Of a stretch of DNA of 44,878 bases, positions 35,324 to 43,946 are shown in pieces (positions within the stretch are counted from its first letter, which is position 1; the number at the start of each line of letters is the position of its first letter). Source of the DNA: Candidatus Fermentibacteraceae bacterium (lineage in GTDB: Bacteria > Fermentibacterota > Fermentibacteria > Fermentibacterales > JCC-6); contig JAWLEP010000023.1 in the NCBI GenBank assembly GCA_041686025.1, positions 1 through 44,878 on the forward strand, written 5' to 3'. Under the pieces are notes generated by a model, which saw only the letters and a list, made by a program, of their open reading frames with translations, had not been told where the DNA came from and ran no database searches. The translations under genes and the position numbers were made by a program.

Positions 35324-36382
35324 ATGGCTCAGTCGTCAGCCTACGAGGTCAGGCACAAGGGCAGGATCTACAGGGCACCGGACCGGGAGACGCTGGAAAC
35401 CTGGGCCCGGGAGCTCCGCATATCCGGCGAGGACCAGATGCGGCGCGCCGGCGGCGAGGACTGGCACCCGGTCTCCGACGACGAGGGGCTGGCAGAGCTG
35501 CTCTCGCCGGAGAGCTGGTGGCACGTGACCATCGGAGACCGGTCCTACACCGCCCCGGACTTCGACACGGTGGTTCTCTGGGCCAGGGAGGGCAGGCTCA
35601 CCGTGGGGACGGAGATTGAGGGCCCCAGGACCCCTCCCGGGGGTGTGCTGGCCAGCGGGCTGCCCAGGCTTGCCCCCTACCTGAGAGAGCTGCCCGACGA
35701 GGATACCGATGATGTCCCCGTGATCCGCATAGACGGCAGGGAGTACCATCCCGGCCAGACCGACACGGTCAGGAGATGGATCCGGGAGTCCAGGATTCCC
35801 CCGGAGGCGGAGATATTGCTCTCCGGCGGGGAATGGGAGCCCATCGGCGAATGCGGCCTCTTCGAGCCCGAGCTCTGGCCGGAGGGGGCCTGGGGCCAGC
35901 CTCCCGAGGACGAGGAGCCCGAGGAGCCCGAAGCGCCGGAGGAGCCGGCGAAGGCCGCCCCCGAGGCGGAGGATAGGGACGAAGGCCGGCAGGAGGACGA
36001 GCCGGACGAGGCCGGCGAGGAGGGCGAAAGCGCCGAGGCGGAGCCGGATGCCGGGGGCGACGAAGAGGACGAAGAGGAGCTTGCGCCCACCGGAGACGAG
36101 AGCGGCGAGCCCTACTCCATAGACACGCTCCAGGGCCGCCTGGAGGCGGCGACTCCCCAGACGGTGAAGCGCATGCTCAAGAGGGGCCAGATCCGCACCT
36201 TCGACAGGGTGGTCCACCCCGACCTTCCCGACGGCGAGTGCTCGGTGGCCGAGTTCCTGGAGGCCGAGGGTCTGTCCCGCTCCTACCTGTGGGTCTGGAT
36301 AGTGATCGCGGTCCTTCTGGCGGCGGCCGCCGTGATATTCTTCGACCCCTTCAGCCTGGGGATACTCCAGGGCGGAGCATGA
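35324..36382 (+). CDS. Tail-anchored protein with four GYF_2/DUF4339-like repeats and an acidic linker
   Basis: Repeats of Y/W-x-V/I...G-R-x-Y...T-V/L-x-x-W-x-R-E-x-R-I/L; long E/D/P/A linker; C-terminal TM; ATGA coupling to pdp. Confidence 0.72.
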   Translation: MAQSSAYEVRHKGRIYRAPDRETLETWARELRISGEDQMRRAGGEDWHPVSDDEGLAELLSPESWWHVTIGDRSYTAPDFDTVVLWAREGRLTVGTEIEGPRTPPGGVLASGLPRLAPYLRELPDEDTDDVPVIRIDGREYHPGQTDTVRRWIRESRIPPEAEILLSGGEWEPIGECGLFEPELWPEGAWGQPPEDEEPEEPEAPEEPAKAAPEAEDRDEGRQEDEPDEAGEEGESAEAEPDAGGDEEDEEELAPTGDESGEPYSIDTLQGRLEAATPQTVKRMLKRGQIRTFDRVVHPDLPDGECSVAEFLEAEGLSRSYLWVWIVIAVLLAAAAVIFFDPFSLGILQGGA

Positions 36383-37662
36383 AGGTAACCGATCTGATAG
36401 CGGCCAAGCGCGACGGGCGGGAGGTCCCGAGGGGGGACCTCTACGAGTTGGCCGCCGGTGTGGCCGAAGGCCGGGTGGCCGACTACCAGGCCGCAGCCTT
36501 CCTCATGGCGGCCTACATCAGGGGCCTCTCCCGGGCGGAGACCGTGGCCCTCACCGCCGCCATGCGGGACAGCGGCAGCTCGCTGGAGTGGGGCGACGGC
36601 CCCCCCCTGGCCGACAAGCACAGCACCGGAGGGGTGGGCGACAAGGTCTCCATAGTCCTGGCCCCCCTGGCCGCCGCCTGCGGCCTCCGGGTCCCCATGG
36701 TCAGCGGCAGGAGCCTGGGGCATACCGGCGGCACGCTGGACAAGCTGGAATCCATACCGGGGATGAGGGTGGACCTGACGCTTCGGGAGTTCGCCGCGCA
36801 GGTGAACGACCTGGGGGTGTGCATGATGGGCCAGACCGGTGAGATGGCCCCCGCCGACCGTGAGCTGTACGCCCTGCGGGACGCCACCTCCACGGTGACC
36901 TCCATTCCCCTGATCTGCGCCAGCATACTGAGCAAGAAGCTGGCGGAGTCCACCGACGTGCTGGTCTTCGACGTGAAGTGCGGCGACGGCGCCTTCGTCA
37001 GCGGCCTCGATGACGCCCGCAAGCTGGGCCGTACGCTGGTGGAGATAGCCGGGGAGTTCGGATGCCGGTCCAGCGCCCTTCTCACCTCCATGGACTACCC
37101 GCTGGGCAGGATGGTGGGGAACGCCCTGGAGGTGGACGAGTGCCTGGCCCTGCTGGAGGGGGGAGGCCCGGCGGCTCTTCGAAGCCTCACGGTCCGTCTC
37201 GCCGCCGGGATGGTGGAGCTGGCCGGAGCGGCCCAGGGCCCGGAGGAGGCCGTCGACCTCTGCACATCCAGGCTGGACGACGGGGCGGCCATGGAGGTAT
37301 TCCGGCGCATGGTGCAGGCACAGGGGGGAAGCCTGGAGAGCTTCCGGTCCCGGAAACCCGCCCCGGTGAGGCTGGAGGTCAGGGCCGGACGCTCCGGGCT
37401 GCTGGCCGGCCCCGCCGCCCGCGAGGTGGGAGAGGCGGTCCGCGAGCTGGGAGGCGGACGCTACTCCACGGACGATTCCATCGACCACAGGGTGGGATGG
37501 GAGTCCCTGGTGGAGCCGGGAACCGGGGTCTCCGCAGGGGAACCTGTGGGTCTGGTCCACGCCGCCTGCGCCGAAGACGCCGAGAGGGCCTCGGAGCGGA
37601 TCGGCGGGGCCATGGTCTGGGACGCGCAGCCGCCGGATGACCTGGTGCTGGAGGTTCTGTGA
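36379..37662 (+). CDS. pdp: Pyrimidine-nucleoside / thymidine phosphorylase
   Basis: KRDG, DYQ, DKHSTGGVGDK, SGRSLGHTGGTLDKLESIPG, APAD, LRD, SILSKK, DVK. Start re-called to ATG 36379. Confidence 0.94.
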   Translation: MKVTDLIAAKRDGREVPRGDLYELAAGVAEGRVADYQAAAFLMAAYIRGLSRAETVALTAAMRDSGSSLEWGDGPPLADKHSTGGVGDKVSIVLAPLAAACGLRVPMVSGRSLGHTGGTLDKLESIPGMRVDLTLREFAAQVNDLGVCMMGQTGEMAPADRELYALRDATSTVTSIPLICASILSKKLAESTDVLVFDVKCGDGAFVSGLDDARKLGRTLVEIAGEFGCRSSALLTSMDYPLGRMVGNALEVDECLALLEGGGPAALRSLTVRLAAGMVELAGAAQGPEEAVDLCTSRLDDGAAMEVFRRMVQAQGGSLESFRSRKPAPVRLEVRAGRSGLLAGPAAREVGEAVRELGGGRYSTDDSIDHRVGWESLVEPGTGVSAGEPVGLVHAACAEDAERASERIGGAMVWDAQPPDDLVLEVL

Positions 37663-39380
37663 GAAACTACCCGAGACTGAAGCTGGACGGATTCGAGAAG
37701 CGGCTGAGGAACGCAGGCCTTCTCACGGAGGCGGGAGAGGAGCGCCTGGCCAGGCTCCGCAGCAAGGACGAGACGCCGCTGCTTCAGCTGCTGGTGCAGA
37801 AGGGGCTGGTCCGGGAGGAGGAGCTCTACAGGTTCATCGCCGACGTGGTGGGGCTCCCCTACAAGGAGCTGGACCCGCTGGATCTGGACTACGAGGTGGT
37901 CACCGAGTCGCTGCCCGGGGCCTACGCCAGGAACTTCGGCCTGATCGCCTTCGCCGAGGACGGCCAGACGCTGAAGATCGCCACCTCCAACCTGCTGGAC
38001 ATGAGGCCCCTGGAGGACCTGACCCACCAGCTGGACCGGGAGATCGAGCTCTACGTCAGCCGACCCAGCGAGGTGCAGAAGGTGATCCGGCAGTTCTACG
38101 GGCTGCACAGCTCCCTGGTGGCCGCCGCCGAGGAGATGGGGGCCAGGCCCGGCGACGTGGACCTGGGCAACCTCGAGAGGTACGTGTCCAGCGACACCGG
38201 AGGGGGCATCGAGCCCACCGACCGGCCCATAGTCAACGCGGTGAACCACCTGATGCAGTACGCCTTCGAGGAGCGGGCCAGCGACATACACCTGGAGCCC
38301 CACCGCAGCGGCATAGCGGTCCGGCTGCGCATCGACGGCGTCCTGCACACCATCTACACCATACCCCGCAAGCTCCACCTGCCCATCCTGTCGCGGATCA
38401 AGATGGTCTCGGGAATGAACATCGCCGAGAAGCGCCGGCCCCAGGACGGCAGGATACGCACCAGCTTCGAGGGGAAGCCGGTGGAGATAAGGACCTCCAC
38501 GGTCCCCATAGCCTTCGGCGAGAAGGCGGTCCTGCGCATACTGGACCCGGCCATACTGATGCAGGACCTGTCCACCCTGGGGCTGTCGGAGAAGGACCTG
38601 GAGGTCTACCGCGACATGGTGGACAGGTCCTACGGCCTGATACTGGTGACCGGCCCCACCGGAAGCGGCAAGACCACCACCCTGTACTCCACCCTCACGG
38701 CGCTGGCCACCTCCGAGAAGAACATCACCAGCATCGAGGACCCGGTGGAGTTCATCACCGACGAGTTCAACCAGATAGCCGTCCAGCCGGCGGTGAACCT
38801 GACCTTCATCACCGCCCTGCGCCACGTGCTCAGGCAGGACCCGGACATCATCATGGTAGGTGAGGTCCGGGACGAGGAGACCGCCCGCAGCGCCATGCGC
38901 TCGGCCCTCACCGGGCACCTGGTGCTCAGCACCATACACACCAACGATACGGCTACCACCGCCGTCAGGCTGGTGGACATGGGAATAGAGCCCTACCTGA
39001 TCGCCAGCACCCTGGTGGGCGTGGTGGCTCAGAGGCTGATGCGGACCGTCTGCGAGAGCTGCGCCGAGGAGTACCAGCCGTCGCCGGCGGTGCTCGGCGC
39101 CCTGGGAATCGACCCCGGCCAGGACCTCACCCTTCGCCGCGGCCGGGGGTGCAGGGCCTGCAGGGGTACGGGATACAAGGGCAGAACGGGTATCTTCGAG
39201 GTGATGCAGATAACCGAGCCCCTGAGGGAGGCCCTCACCGGCGGAGGATCTGTGGACAGCATAAGAAGGCTGGCGAAGAAACAGGGCCTTACCACCCTCA
39301 GGGAGAACGCCAGGATGAAGGTGCTGGAGGGCAGCTCCACGCCGGAGGAGATGGTCAGGGTGACGGCGGTGAACGTATGA
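37659..39380 (+). CDS. GspE/PilB family secretion/pilus assembly ATPase
   Basis: ASDIHLEP, RIDGVL, PQDGR, GPTGSGKTTT, IEDPVE, LRQDPD, GEVRD, TGHLVLSTIHTN, CESC...CRAC. Confidence 0.93.
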   Translation: MRNYPRLKLDGFEKRLRNAGLLTEAGEERLARLRSKDETPLLQLLVQKGLVREEELYRFIADVVGLPYKELDPLDLDYEVVTESLPGAYARNFGLIAFAEDGQTLKIATSNLLDMRPLEDLTHQLDREIELYVSRPSEVQKVIRQFYGLHSSLVAAAEEMGARPGDVDLGNLERYVSSDTGGGIEPTDRPIVNAVNHLMQYAFEERASDIHLEPHRSGIAVRLRIDGVLHTIYTIPRKLHLPILSRIKMVSGMNIAEKRRPQDGRIRTSFEGKPVEIRTSTVPIAFGEKAVLRILDPAILMQDLSTLGLSEKDLEVYRDMVDRSYGLILVTGPTGSGKTTTLYSTLTALATSEKNITSIEDPVEFITDEFNQIAVQPAVNLTFITALRHVLRQDPDIIMVGEVRDEETARSAMRSALTGHLVLSTIHTNDTATTAVRLVDMGIEPYLIASTLVGVVAQRLMRTVCESCAEEYQPSPAVLGALGIDPGQDLTLRRGRGCRACRGTGYKGRTGIFEVMQITEPLREALTGGGSVDSIRRLAKKQGLTTLRENARMKVLEGSSTPEEMVRVTAVNV

Positions 39381-40768
39381 GGACGGCGGCGCTGTGGACA
39401 TCGGCGGTTGCGGCGCTCCTTCTGGCGCTGGCCTGCGGCGACGGCCCCGAGCCCTCTCCGGACGTTCCCGCGCCCTCCGGAGACGACCCGGTGGTGGTGG
39501 CGCCTGCCACCCCCCTGGAGGTGGCCCTGGAGTTCTCCGACCTGCTGGGCCGCAACGACCCCGGCTGCTACGATCTTCTGGTGCCTTCCCTGCGGGACTC
39601 CCTGGTGGGTTCGGGGGAGCTGCCCCGGGACGTCTTCGGCAGATGGCGCGGCTTCGACGCCGGCGGGAGGCTCTCGGAGGTCTTCACCGACAGCACCGGC
39701 GCCTCCAGGACCACCTACAGCTGCGCCATATCCCGGCAGTCGCTGCCGGCAATAGTCCGCATAGACTTCCGACTGGTGGGCGGCCGCTGGCTCATAGAGG
39801 GCTTCGGCGAGGAGATACCGCAGACGGTGGCCGACTCCCTCACTGTGGAGCACCTCGCCGGCCTGGTCCTGGAGAACCCAAGGGTCCTCAGCGAGATACG
39901 GATAGCCAGGATGCTCTACGACGACTGCAGTATCGACTCCCTGCGCAGCTACTCCTCGTGGCACGCGGCCAAGGCCGCCGGAGACAGCTTCACCGCCTAC
40001 GTGTGCGAGCTGGACTACGACAGCTACAACAGACTGGCATACAGCAACATCAGAAGGTCGGCCAAGTACCAGATCATCCAGGACAGGGCCACCTACCAGC
40101 TGGACAGCGTCCCCCTGGACCTCCACGGCTTCGTGGCGGCCTGGAGGGAGCTGGGCTACCTCAGCAAGGCTGTGCTCCGCACCCGGCACGAGGCCATGCA
40201 GGAGCTGCGGCAGACCGGCAGGTACGAGGAGCCCGACCTGGCCGAGGAGATGGAGCGGCTGGCAATGCTGCGGAGCTACTTCCTGTCGGTCAGCAACCTG
40301 GTGGAGGCCTCCGACTCGGTCTCCCGCACCTACCCCGTCCTGCTGACGGAGGGGGAGGGCGAGCCGCTGGACGAGCTCTACCTGGAGCTGGACCCCCAGG
40401 TGCTGGAGCAGAGAAGGGAGAACGACGTAGGGGCCGCCGTGTGGCGGGCGCTGGGGGTGGAGATGAACGGGGACCGCAACCCCGAGAGGGTGGTCTACTG
40501 GGCCGGAGACCTCTACCTCTTCGAGGGGACCGAGACCGGCTACAGGCTGGTCTGGCGCAGCTACCTGGGCTACGAAAGCGACTACCACGCCGCCTTCGCC
40601 TCCGAGCCCTCCGCCGGCGGCGAGGGCCGGGACGTGGCCCTGGTGGGCAACGACGATGAGTACGAGTACCGCCTGGGATACCGCGACGGTGTGCCGGTGA
40701 TGACCCGGACCTCCCTCTCCTCCGAGGAGGACGGCGGGCCGGCGGACTCCGCATCCGTCCAGCCCTAG
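39377..40768 (+). CDS. Hypothetical lipoprotein
   Basis: MRTAALW...LALAC lipobox and Pro-rich tether. Start ATG 39377 overlaps the ATPase stop (ATGA). Confidence 0.72.
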   Translation: MRTAALWTSAVAALLLALACGDGPEPSPDVPAPSGDDPVVVAPATPLEVALEFSDLLGRNDPGCYDLLVPSLRDSLVGSGELPRDVFGRWRGFDAGGRLSEVFTDSTGASRTTYSCAISRQSLPAIVRIDFRLVGGRWLIEGFGEEIPQTVADSLTVEHLAGLVLENPRVLSEIRIARMLYDDCSIDSLRSYSSWHAAKAAGDSFTAYVCELDYDSYNRLAYSNIRRSAKYQIIQDRATYQLDSVPLDLHGFVAAWRELGYLSKAVLRTRHEAMQELRQTGRYEEPDLAEEMERLAMLRSYFLSVSNLVEASDSVSRTYPVLLTEGEGEPLDELYLELDPQVLEQRRENDVGAAVWRALGVEMNGDRNPERVVYWAGDLYLFEGTETGYRLVWRSYLGYESDYHAAFASEPSAGGEGRDVALVGNDDEYEYRLGYRDGVPVMTRTSLSSEEDGGPADSASVQP

Positions 40769-40882
40769 GCGCGACGCGGCCCGGAGACCCTCCGGCCGCG
40801 GGGCGCTCAAACCTAGTCCTTCGTGCGTCATTGGCTATATTCCCGCCGTCACCGAAGACCCGCAGCGAAAGGAACGGCTGAC

Positions 40883-43135
40883 TTGTCCACACCCGGCAGA
40901 GGCGGCGGACGGGCAATGCGAATGCTGCGCCCGGTACTGTTCTGGGGCGCCATCGTCCTGGTCTGCGCCGCCTTCTTCGGGGCCGGGTTCCTCTGGCGCG
41001 TCTACCACGACAGCAGCGTTGCTTTCCGGCAGGCCCGGGGAGGGCTGCTGGTGGCCGGGCTCCGGGGCCGGGAGTTCTCCTCTGCCACCGAGATCTACGA
41101 CCGCCACGGCGAGCTGGTCTCCACCGTGTTCGTGGAGAACCGTTACCCCATCCCCGTCGACGAGATGTCCCCATGGGTGATCAGGGGGCTGATAGCCACG
41201 GAGGACAAGAGCTTCTACCGGCACGGGGGCGTGGACGTAACAGGCGGTATAATGCGGGCCCTGATCCACGACATACGTACCGGCCAGCGCCACGGCGGCA
41301 GCACCATAACCCAGCAGCTGGCCAAGAGGCTCTTCCTGGTGCCGGACCAGACCTTCCAGAGGAAGATCCAGGAAGCCTTCATAGCCATGGAGATAGAGAA
41401 GCAGTTCTCCAAGGACCAGATACTGGAGATGTACCTCAACCAGATATACTTCGGCTCCGGCGCCCACGGGGTCGAGGCGGCGGCCAGGACCTACTTCGGC
41501 GGCAAGCACGCCTCCGAGCTGACCCTGGTGGAGGCGGCCACCCTGGTGGCCATTCCCAGGGCGCCCACCAGGTACCATCCGGTCCTCAACCCCGAGAACT
41601 GCCGCAGCCGCCGGAACGTGGTCATATCCATGCTGGAGGAGGATGGCTACATCACCTCCGGCCAGGCCGACGCCGCCCGGGCCCAGCCGCTGGTGGTGGA
41701 CATCACCAGGCCCACCGAGACCCAGGAGAGGGACTACTTCACCGAGTACGTCCGCAAGTACCTGGTGTCCCGCTACGGGTGGAGCGCCGTCTACGAGGAG
41801 GGCCTCCGGGTCTACACCACGCTGGACCAGGAGATGCAGGAGGCGGCGGAGTTCGCCCTGGACAGCGTCCTCACCGCCAAGGAGCCGGTGTGGGACCCGG
41901 AGACGGGGGAGTTCGAGGAGGACCCCGAGAGGCTGCGCTACCCCAGCTCCTACGACCGCTGGCAGGCCGTCGAGGACACCACCTCCGGAGCCCCCGACTA
42001 CGTGCAGGGAGCGGTGGTGGCCCTGGACCCCAGGACCGGGTACGTACGGGTCATGGTGGGAGGCAGGGACTTCGAGGACAGCGAGTACAACAGGGCTGTG
42101 CAGGCCAGCCGGCAGCCGGGAAGCTCCTTCAAGCCCTTTGCCTACGCCGAGGCCATGGAGCAGGGGTGGTCGCCGGGGAGCATGGTTCTGGACCAGCCGG
42201 TGGTAGTGGACATGGACCCCGGCTTCTGGCGGCCCAGGAACTACGACAACCGCTTCCACGGGATGTCGACTCTGCGCCGGGCCCTGGCCATGTCCTACAA
42301 CGTCTCCGCCGTGCGTCTGGGGATGGCCGTGGGCGTGGAGGCGGTGGCCGCCAGGGCCCACAGGATGGGGATCGAGTCCCGGCTGCCCATAGTGAGCTCC
42401 CTTCCCCTGGGCAGCGCCATGCTCAACCCCCTGGAGATGGCCCGGGGCTACATACCCTTCGCCACCGGAGGCCTGGCCAGGGACGCCACGGCCATACTCC
42501 GGGTGGAGGACCGCTACGGCAACGTCCTGGAGAGCCACGAGGAGCCGGACCCCGGCACCAGGGTGCTTTCCCGCTCCGGCGCCTACCTGATGAACAGCAT
42601 GCTGCAGAGCGTCATCCGCGGGGGGACGGCCACCGGCGCCCGCTGGTACTGGGGAGGCCCCTACGCCGGCCGGGAGGCCGGGGGCAAGACCGGTACCACC
42701 AGCGACTACGCCGACGCCTGGTTCGTGGGCTTCACCCCGGACCTGGTGGCCAGCGTGTGGGTGGGCTACGACAACCACGTGGTCCGTCTCCGCCTGCAGA
42801 GGCAGTGGAACTCGGGCCAGTCCGGCTCCAGCATCGCGCTGCCGGTGTGGAACCGCTTCATGCGCCGGGCCCTGGCCGACGCCGACCCGGAGGACGCCCC
42901 GGAGTTCCCCGGCCCCGAGCCGGGCACCATCGAGAAGGTGGTCATCTGCAAGGTCTCGGGGGACCTGGCGGTGGAGGCCTGTGCCGAGAACGCCACCGAG
43001 GAGATGTTCTGGCGGGGCACCGCTCCGGTGGACTACTGCCGCATCCACCGGGGAATGTCCCCCATGGAGGGCGACTCCACCATACCCGACTTCACCGAGT
43101 TCGACCGCAACCAGCTATCAGGCGGGGGTGTCTGA
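40883..43135 (+). CDS. mrcA: Class A penicillin-binding protein (PBP1A family)
   Basis: GT51 TEDKSFYRHGG, GGSTITQQLAK, RKIQE; transpeptidase SSFK, SYN, KTGT. Start is TTG 40883 (after AAAGGA) or ATG 40916. Confidence 0.92.
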   Translation: MSTPGRGGGRAMRMLRPVLFWGAIVLVCAAFFGAGFLWRVYHDSSVAFRQARGGLLVAGLRGREFSSATEIYDRHGELVSTVFVENRYPIPVDEMSPWVIRGLIATEDKSFYRHGGVDVTGGIMRALIHDIRTGQRHGGSTITQQLAKRLFLVPDQTFQRKIQEAFIAMEIEKQFSKDQILEMYLNQIYFGSGAHGVEAAARTYFGGKHASELTLVEAATLVAIPRAPTRYHPVLNPENCRSRRNVVISMLEEDGYITSGQADAARAQPLVVDITRPTETQERDYFTEYVRKYLVSRYGWSAVYEEGLRVYTTLDQEMQEAAEFALDSVLTAKEPVWDPETGEFEEDPERLRYPSSYDRWQAVEDTTSGAPDYVQGAVVALDPRTGYVRVMVGGRDFEDSEYNRAVQASRQPGSSFKPFAYAEAMEQGWSPGSMVLDQPVVVDMDPGFWRPRNYDNRFHGMSTLRRALAMSYNVSAVRLGMAVGVEAVAARAHRMGIESRLPIVSSLPLGSAMLNPLEMARGYIPFATGGLARDATAILRVEDRYGNVLESHEEPDPGTRVLSRSGAYLMNSMLQSVIRGGTATGARWYWGGPYAGREAGGKTGTTSDYADAWFVGFTPDLVASVWVGYDNHVVRLRLQRQWNSGQSGSSIALPVWNRFMRRALADADPEDAPEFPGPEPGTIEKVVICKVSGDLAVEACAENATEEMFWRGTAPVDYCRIHRGMSPMEGDSTIPDFTEFDRNQLSGGGV

Positions 43136-43138
43136 CAC

Positions 43139-43924
43139 ATGTGGGTAAAGCTCGCAATTGTAATCGTGCTCCTGGGGGTCTTCGTCTACCTCTCCAGGAA
43201 GGTATTCACCTCCTCCGCCTGGAAGCGCTACCAGCTGCGCCGGGCGTCCATGATGGCGGCCCGGGGGGAGATCGAGAAGATGATCTCCTACCTGGAGCGC
43301 AACATGGACCGCAGAAGCGTCTCCGACCCCCTCACCAACGCCCTGGTCTTCTTCCACATCCGCTCCGGACAGCTGGAGCGGGCCGAGGAGCTGGTGATGG
43401 ACGCCATGGAGCGGGGCGACGGCAGCGGGCGGGCCCTGGCCCAGCTGGGCTACATAGCCGCCGGACGGGACAGCCGGGAGGAGGCCGAGCAGTACTACCG
43501 CCAGGCCGTGGAGAAGGACCCCGAGCTGAGGTCCACGGTAAACGTCAACCTCGCCGCCATGCTGATAGAGGACGGCCGCAGCCTCGACGAGGCCGAGGAG
43601 CTTCTGGAGGAGGCCCTCGACCTTCGAGAGGGCAGTGCCAAGAGCGGGGTCCACATAAACCTGGCCCTGCTGAGCATGAAGCGGGGCGACTCCCGGCAGG
43701 CCCTGGTTCAGGCCCTCACCGGGTACGAGCTGATGCCGGCGCAGAAGGTAACCGCCCGCAGCCGGGCCAACGCCCTGGCCATCGCCTCCCGCGCCTACCG
43801 GGACCAGGGGGAGGGCAAGGAGTCCTCGCGCCTGGCCAGCAAGGCCCTGAAGATCCTCGACGAGGTGGAGACCCCCGAGGACGACAGGCTCTACACGGAG
43901 CTGGGACATCTCGCAGGCAGCTGA
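43139..43924 (+). CDS. Membrane-anchored TPR protein
   Basis: N-terminal TM; TPR helices (ALAQLG..EEAEQYYRQAVEKDP; VNLA; HINLA). Confidence 0.78.
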   Translation: MWVKLAIVIVLLGVFVYLSRKVFTSSAWKRYQLRRASMMAARGEIEKMISYLERNMDRRSVSDPLTNALVFFHIRSGQLERAEELVMDAMERGDGSGRALAQLGYIAAGRDSREEAEQYYRQAVEKDPELRSTVNVNLAAMLIEDGRSLDEAEELLEEALDLREGSAKSGVHINLALLSMKRGDSRQALVQALTGYELMPAQKVTARSRANALAIASRAYRDQGEGKESSRLASKALKILDEVETPEDDRLYTELGHLAGS

Positions 43925-43946
43925 CCGGGAGGCGCCGGCCCGGGAC

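Noticed and set aside
40775..40800. Terminator after the lipoprotein gene
   Set aside because: A GC hairpin is present (CGCGGC-C-CGGAG/CTCCG-GCCGCG), but it has no U-tract and such stems arise easily at this GC content.
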